From Desulfurococcales archaeon (GTDB lineage: Archaea > Thermoproteota > Thermoprotei_A > Sulfolobales > Desulfurococcaceae), in NCBI GenBank assembly GCA_027022365.1, contig JALVYU010000011.1:32001-96000 (forward strand): 64,000 nucleotides of DNA, in the 5' to 3' direction. This document shows positions 58,975 to 64,000 of this stretch, piece by piece. A program made the translations under genes and the position numbers. The notes below the pieces were generated by a model. It saw only the letters and a program-made list of their open reading frames with translations. It did not search any database and was not told the DNA's origin. Every line of letters starts with the position of its first letter. Positions within the stretch are counted from its first letter, which is position 1.

Positions 58975-59028
58975 TTTAACTATGAAATCATATTGGTTCA
59001 GACTCCTGTAATTAGACATAGTTATAGA

Positions 59029-59396
59029 CTAGTGCTGCAAATGTTGGTCGTAGATCTCTATGTATTCATGCTCTATGACTATGAGTAGCCCGGGCTTAGG
59101 CTCTAGCTGACTGGCTATTGAGGCTATTCTCTCAGCCAGTCTTGGTATCTCGTTTTTGGAGGGCTGGTAGGAAATATAGATTACTCCATTCTTCGCTAGA
59201 GATAAAAGGCTTGGTGCTGTAAAGTCGGTGTCTCTCGTTAATATTGTCATTCCAAGCTCGCTTGCTGTATTAACTAGCTCCTTATCACTAATATCTCGGG
59301 TACCTAGATCTTGTAGACGGGCAACATCTATACTTTTCTGCCTCAAGAAGATTACCAGCTTTTAGGTATGTTTTCATCAGCCAGAAGCCTCAGCAA
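59029..59396 (-). pseudogene. DUF5615/VapC45-like PIN toxin with a 1-nt frameshift
   Basis: MLRLLADENIPK, shift at the A4 run (59360-59363), continuing LVIFLRQK...SDKEL...ILTRDTDF. Confidence 0.8.
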
Positions 59397-59622
59397 CCAC
59401 TATAACTCTCTTCAGCGCCTTAGATGCAAACCTCAATGCTTCACATACAGCTTCCACCAGTATATCAAACTCCTCAGCAACCTCCTCGGGTTTCCAACCA
59501 GCAGCAAGCATATCTAGAATATCATCAACAGATACTCTTGTACCCTCCACAGTAGGCCTACCACGCCTACCAGGCACTATTTCAAGCCATTTATAACCAG
59601 GCAAGAGAACCATACCAGCCAC
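59377..59622 (-). CDS. DUF433 antitoxin
   Basis: GRPTVEGTRVSV...GWKPEEVAEEF...EALRFA. Confidence 0.88.
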   Translation of the reverse strand: MAGMVLLPGYKWLEIVPGRRGRPTVEGTRVSVDDILDMLAAGWKPEEVAEEFDILVEAVCEALRFASKALKRVIVVAEASG

Positions 59623-59961
59623 CGCTAAGCAATACTACCAAGAAAGGTTCTTTTATATTCTCAGCCCGAAGACTAGAATTAATCCCGGTTTCTAGTCTCA
59701 ACATTATTTCCCACGGATCAATTTCCAGGACCCTACATCTTCCATCTCATTAGCAGTCCTAAAATACTTAGACAGCCCTATTAACCATAAACAAACTCTC
59801 GTAATAATCTTCCTTGTCCACAGTCTTTTAGTTCCTCGTAGATAAATGGCGCCTAGCTAAAAAATCCTTAGCTCAGATAAGTTTAAAGTCTCTACAGTTA
59901 CAAAACCCCTTCAGATACTCAAACGAGCTAATAGTCCTTGGTGGGCCTAAGCCATGTTTTT

Positions 59962-60088
59962 CTCATCGTTTATTGTTCTAAGACTAGTGTAGACTTCATC
60001 ACTACCGGATAAAAATGTTAATGATTAGATCTGGCTTCGGCCTTATATCATGTAACAGGTATATTGGAGCGTTGGTGTCGACGTACAT
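59962..60088 (-). pseudogene. VapC/PIN toxin remnant
   Basis: MYVDTNAPIYLLHD..., frameshift, ...DEVYTSLRTI; TGATG overlap with the antitoxin stop. Confidence 0.65.
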
Positions 60089-60300
60089 CAAAGATGCTCG
60101 GCCTCTTCTATCGCCTCCTCTAGGAGCTCTGGATTCACACGGCCCAAAACGCTTCGATACCTCTCCAGTATTCTTCCACTCCCTCCTATATTGATTATCT
60201 TGACAAGAAGCCCTTTGTTCTCATCCATGACAAGCGGCTCCTCAGGCGCCAGCACACCGCCCCTATATCTTACTCGGATGATCTTGGACAATCCTTGCAC
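60088..60300 (-). CDS. DUF104/AF2212-like antitoxin
   Basis: KIIRVRYRGGVLAP...LEEAIEEAEHL. Confidence 0.82.
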   Translation of the reverse strand: MQGLSKIIRVRYRGGVLAPEEPLVMDENKGLLVKIINIGGSGRILERYRSVLGRVNPELLEEAIEEAEHL

Positions 60301-60475
60301 CCGCCTAGTCTTACCAATAATTAACCAATTAGCTCTTCCTCAAGGAAGTTACTAGGTTATCATAATGGATGCCGGTCTCGGTGGTAATTGGTTTTGTGTA
60401 GTGTTTCCCGGTATAATGTTTTTCCTCTGGAAACCCAGCTTATAGATTCTAGGACCCAGATCCTGCTGTCCCGGG

Positions 60476-60937
60476 CTAAACGCCTAGTTTCTCGATGATG
60501 CGGCGGCTCCATTCCCGGCATCTTCTTAGGGCTTCTTTGTCTGGTCTTCTTATCCAGCCGCTGAAAGCGGTGGATTCTATTATTTTGCCCCTGACGTGTT
60601 TTATGACTTGGCCTAAGTACCACCTGACGATCTTGTCCCTTATCGGTGAGGGTATTTTCTTGCTTGCCATGAAGCACGTAATGTACACGGCGACTTTCCG
60701 GCCCTCCAAGCCGTTATTTCCGTCTATGAACTCGATGACCGTTCTCATGGGGCGCTCAAAGTATATCGGTGTCCCAAGCACGACTAGGCCGCAATCCCCA
60801 AGATCGGGCTGCTCCCTCGACACCCTGTACACGGCTACATCAAGGCCTGCACTCCTCATCTCGGAGCCAATGCACTCAGCAATAGTGGCTGTAGCGCCCC
60901 CTTCATGCATCGAATCATAGATTATGCAAACCCTCAA
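60476..60937 (-). CDS. Flavodoxin-domain protein (HemG-like)
   Basis: IIYDS...GATATIA, LGTPIY, KVAVYITC. Confidence 0.82.
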   Translation of the reverse strand: MRVCIIYDSMHEGGATATIAECIGSEMRSAGLDVAVYRVSREQPDLGDCGLVVLGTPIYFERPMRTVIEFIDGNNGLEGRKVAVYITCFMASKKIPSPIRDKIVRWYLGQVIKHVRGKIIESTAFSGWIRRPDKEALRRCREWSRRIIEKLGV

Positions 60938-61211
60938 GTACTAGCGACACCCCGCATTTAATAAGCAGATACTATGTGTGTTATTGTGTATAGTTAGCTT
61001 CATGAGGGCCGATCGCTAATTGTAATTATACCGAAAAACATTTTTCCTTGCCCACTATACTTCTCGTTCGTTAATATTCTCGTTTTTAATTGTATTGGTT
61101 ATTAGGTCTGCTCATATCTATGGTATTATCAACAATTCGCAGAGGACTAGAAAGAGCATCTCTAAGGTCTTAATAAAAAATAATTCTTAATAAAAAATAA
61201 TTATTGCTTTA

Positions 61212-63770
61212 TTATTTTCTCATTATGTACAGGATTAGTGCGAGTGCGGCTATTCCGGTTCCTGCTGCCGCTACTATAACTATTGTTTCGGTGCCTCCTC
61301 CTTGTTTACTTATTGATGTTTGAGAGGCGGTCTTAGGAGTATTACTGCTTACAGTTGTGCTTGTTGTCTGGGTTTTACTGGTTATTGCTGAGTTCTCTGC
61401 GGCGGTTTGAGGACTTGTTTGTTCACTTGTTGTCTGCGTTACATGGCTCTGCTGGGCTTGTATGGGTATCTCTATCGTTATGTTTTCTCCCGGATGAGTC
61501 GCTACAAACTCTATTTCTTTTCCGCTGGTGATTTCGCTGGAGGATTCCTTGTAGTAGTAGAGCTTGTAGTGGAGTCCGACGAGTATTTTATATTCTAGTG
61601 ATTCGCCCCCGTATATTTCGCTGACCCTTACTGGTATGTATTCTTCACCAGACTTTACGTAGAAATCGAGTAGATACGTGGTGTTAGCCGTATTTATTAT
61701 TATGAGGTTCGCGAGTTTATCTTCGAATAACTTATCTGTATCTATCCATACTATTTTCGAGTCACCCGTCAGATTAATGGTTATACTCCAATTCGATGGA
61801 GCCACTAAACCTAGTATCCTGGGCTTTATCATTAACGTATAGTTTCCTGGGGGGACACAATAGCCGGTCCAGTTCTCGGTCGTAAACAAGTGCTTGACAA
61901 CATTCCCCGAGGATGACAACAGGTACACGCGCTGGCTCCCTCTTAGCATTATGACGATGCCCCGAGGGAGCAGCTTGATAATCTTATCTTCTCCTCCCCA
62001 GACAATTAAGTGAAGCCTAGTCGGTTCTATGTTTCCTCTAATGATAAACCTGTCTTCACGGAATTCAGCGGTAATATTGTAGTATCCTCTAAGGGCTACA
62101 AGTATTATCCTGTGTTTTTCGATGTCACTAAATACGTATGATTCCTTACCCCATCTCACAACTAAGCGCTTAACTATGCATGGGCCGGGGATCTCTAGCG
62201 TTATATGGGATACTAGGCTTCTCGCCTTCTCGGATATATTTATATGTATCATCTGTAGGGGCTCCGTGTTCAGGGATACATTCCAGCTCTCCTTAGCAGC
62301 GTTGGGGTCTCCCACGATAAAGCCATCCACGCCTAGTACTGTCCTAACCCACATCTTGGTCTTCGCATTAAGGGTATAGGTGATTGACGCTTTTCTATCG
62401 GGGAACAGGGGGATAAACCATCCGGTATGAACAGTGAAGCCGCTTTGATCCCTTAGAGTAAGCCCCAAGAAGTAGTTCTTATACGGGCCCGGATCAAAGT
62501 ATGCGATCGCATATCTGGGCCAATCTATAAGTGCAATCCTCACCTTGTAGAAGTATTCTTGGACAACCCATGCCTCTCCATCGTCGAGGAACCCGGCGTT
62601 GATCGGCATAGTGGCCACCGCTCTATTCACTATGGATTGCCAGATCAGCGGGTTTTGCTGAAACCTTATTAGCGGGGCCCCCATCATCCCGACAAACCCG
62701 ATCTCAGCCAGTCTTTCCTTCCTCGCAACCACTCCCCAAACCCCGTTACCGGTCCATCCATAAATCCTTGTCACGAACGGCCTCCAATCCACTGTACGTA
62801 GGAGAACACCGTTGCTCGCATTGTAGACTAGGTAGCTCCCTGAACCGGACTGGTAGTACAGGCAACACCCTGTGGGATTAAATATTATTCCTTCCGATGG
62901 ATTGGCGGGATAACCAACAGTTCTAGACCATAGTATTTCCCGCCTCAAAACATCTAAGACCGCAAGGCTTAGTGTTCCCTCGGTCTTGTTATACCCTAGA
63001 AACGCTAACATGTTCCCTTCCGGACTCCATGAAACGGAGGAATATAGGTATTGGCCTGTACTGTAAAGCTTTTTGAGTGACTGATTATATATTGGTGAAC
63101 CGCCCCTATCAAATACGATGATTGATTCATACAACATCCCTGTATAAGAGAACGCTACCATACCCTTAGGAGACACGGCTACCTTAACATATTTCAAGAG
63201 AGTAGGATCAACAGTGTTCTTGGGAAAAGCGATGTCCCACTCAGTGTTCCTTGAAAACACCCACAACTGTATACCTGTGCCGGGATTATCAACTATTAGG
63301 GCGATGGTGCCATTATTCGAATCTAGGCTACGGGGATAACCGCGCACCGTCTTGAACTTTACTAGCTTTCCTACAGGGGTATACTTGTATATTGTCGTAC
63401 TGATATTTGATCCCTCGTATAATGCGATGTATATTACCCCCTCATTTGCGTCATATGAAGCTAGTATGAAACTGCCCTTCGATATCCTGTCTTCACGCAA
63501 GACAGACAGGTTAGCAGTATCCAGGGATATAACCCTCTTTGATGTCACGAGCACTATATTGTCGCCGATGTTAAATGCATTCACAACTCTCTCATTGAGA
63601 GTTCTGTTCAATTCTATTACGTTACTTCTCACGTGGGACAGCGAGGATGGTATGAGTAAATTGCCGATTACGCGTTGTTCGTAATTGCTACTGCCAACTA
63701 TTGTGATCTGGATGTAGGCTAGTAACAGTAATGCTAGAATAATATATATTAACGGGGATTTAACCCCCAT
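61212..63770 (-). CDS. Large cell-surface protein: signal peptide, beta-propeller-like repeats, Thr/Ser linker, C-terminal TM anchor
   Basis: Hydrophobic N-terminus, VAVSPKG/VSWSPEG/IFNPTG blade motifs, T/S-rich tail, TM helix ending in RK. Confidence 0.8.
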   Translation of the reverse strand: MGVKSPLIYIILALLLLAYIQITIVGSSNYEQRVIGNLLIPSSLSHVRSNVIELNRTLNERVVNAFNIGDNIVLVTSKRVISLDTANLSVLREDRISKGSFILASYDANEGVIYIALYEGSNISTTIYKYTPVGKLVKFKTVRGYPRSLDSNNGTIALIVDNPGTGIQLWVFSRNTEWDIAFPKNTVDPTLLKYVKVAVSPKGMVAFSYTGMLYESIIVFDRGGSPIYNQSLKKLYSTGQYLYSSVSWSPEGNMLAFLGYNKTEGTLSLAVLDVLRREILWSRTVGYPANPSEGIIFNPTGCCLYYQSGSGSYLVYNASNGVLLRTVDWRPFVTRIYGWTGNGVWGVVARKERLAEIGFVGMMGAPLIRFQQNPLIWQSIVNRAVATMPINAGFLDDGEAWVVQEYFYKVRIALIDWPRYAIAYFDPGPYKNYFLGLTLRDQSGFTVHTGWFIPLFPDRKASITYTLNAKTKMWVRTVLGVDGFIVGDPNAAKESWNVSLNTEPLQMIHINISEKARSLVSHITLEIPGPCIVKRLVVRWGKESYVFSDIEKHRIILVALRGYYNITAEFREDRFIIRGNIEPTRLHLIVWGGEDKIIKLLPRGIVIMLRGSQRVYLLSSSGNVVKHLFTTENWTGYCVPPGNYTLMIKPRILGLVAPSNWSITINLTGDSKIVWIDTDKLFEDKLANLIIINTANTTYLLDFYVKSGEEYIPVRVSEIYGGESLEYKILVGLHYKLYYYKESSSEITSGKEIEFVATHPGENITIEIPIQAQQSHVTQTTSEQTSPQTAAENSAITSKTQTTSTTVSSNTPKTASQTSISKQGGGTETIVIVAAAGTGIAALALILYIMRK

Positions 63771-64000
63771 TTTTCTACATCCTCGAATACACCATATTAT
63801 TATTTGGTTAATATGAAGTTCTTAATTAAATCTTACGAAAAACCCCCAACATATTACACCGTATTATATTAGAGACTCTTAGAGAAAACCATGAACGACG
63901 AATCGAAGACAATCCCTCGGCCTTATCTAGTATATATTCCATCAAAATAATGGGATATTGATGAATATTAGGGTTAGAATATAGCCCGAAAGTATAGTTA

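Larger units (their letters stand above)
55809..60300. mobile_element. tRNA-Arg-anchored island of tandem toxin-antitoxin cassettes, no integrase seen
   Basis: Three att-like tRNA 3'-half repeats and six TA pairs or remnants; AT-rich spacers. Confidence 0.75.

Noticed and set aside
59677-59693. AATCCCGG as a possible fourth att copy
   Set aside because: Only 8 nt match, with no acceptor or anticodon-arm similarity.
61168-61202. 17-bp tandem duplication TCTTAATAAAAAATAAT
   Set aside because: Simple duplication in the T-rich terminator region of the surface-protein gene.

Overview
Gene-dense archaeal chromosomal window, most likely a hyperthermophilic Thermoproteota member of the Desulfurococcales (inferred from AglB, a CdvB/ESCRT-III paralog, short crenarchaeal XPF, Hel308, Taw1 and a ThermoDBP-like protein). 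Positions 1-55.7 kb are mostly housekeeping genes: carbamoyl-phosphate and arginine metabolism, N-glycosylation, mevalonate pathway, MoeA, two ECF-type transporters and MetRS. This stretch also holds three candidate box C/D sRNAs, a GC-rich hairpin carrying an 18-nt copy of a conserved 16S rRNA segment, a decayed tandem ParB/Srx-domain gene and several enzyme homologs that have lost catalytic motifs. The most striking structure starts at tRNA-Arg(CCG) (55731-55808). Three degenerate copies of its 3' half recur every 0.84-1.0 kb, and each interval carries exactly one toxin-antitoxin pair (VapBC, MazF-type, DUF6516/TumE-type). Three more PIN-type pairs follow. No integrase is present, so this looks like an integron-like, tRNA-anchored TA cassette array. 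No CRISPR array or rRNA gene was seen. All family assignments come from motif recognition by eye, not from database searches.
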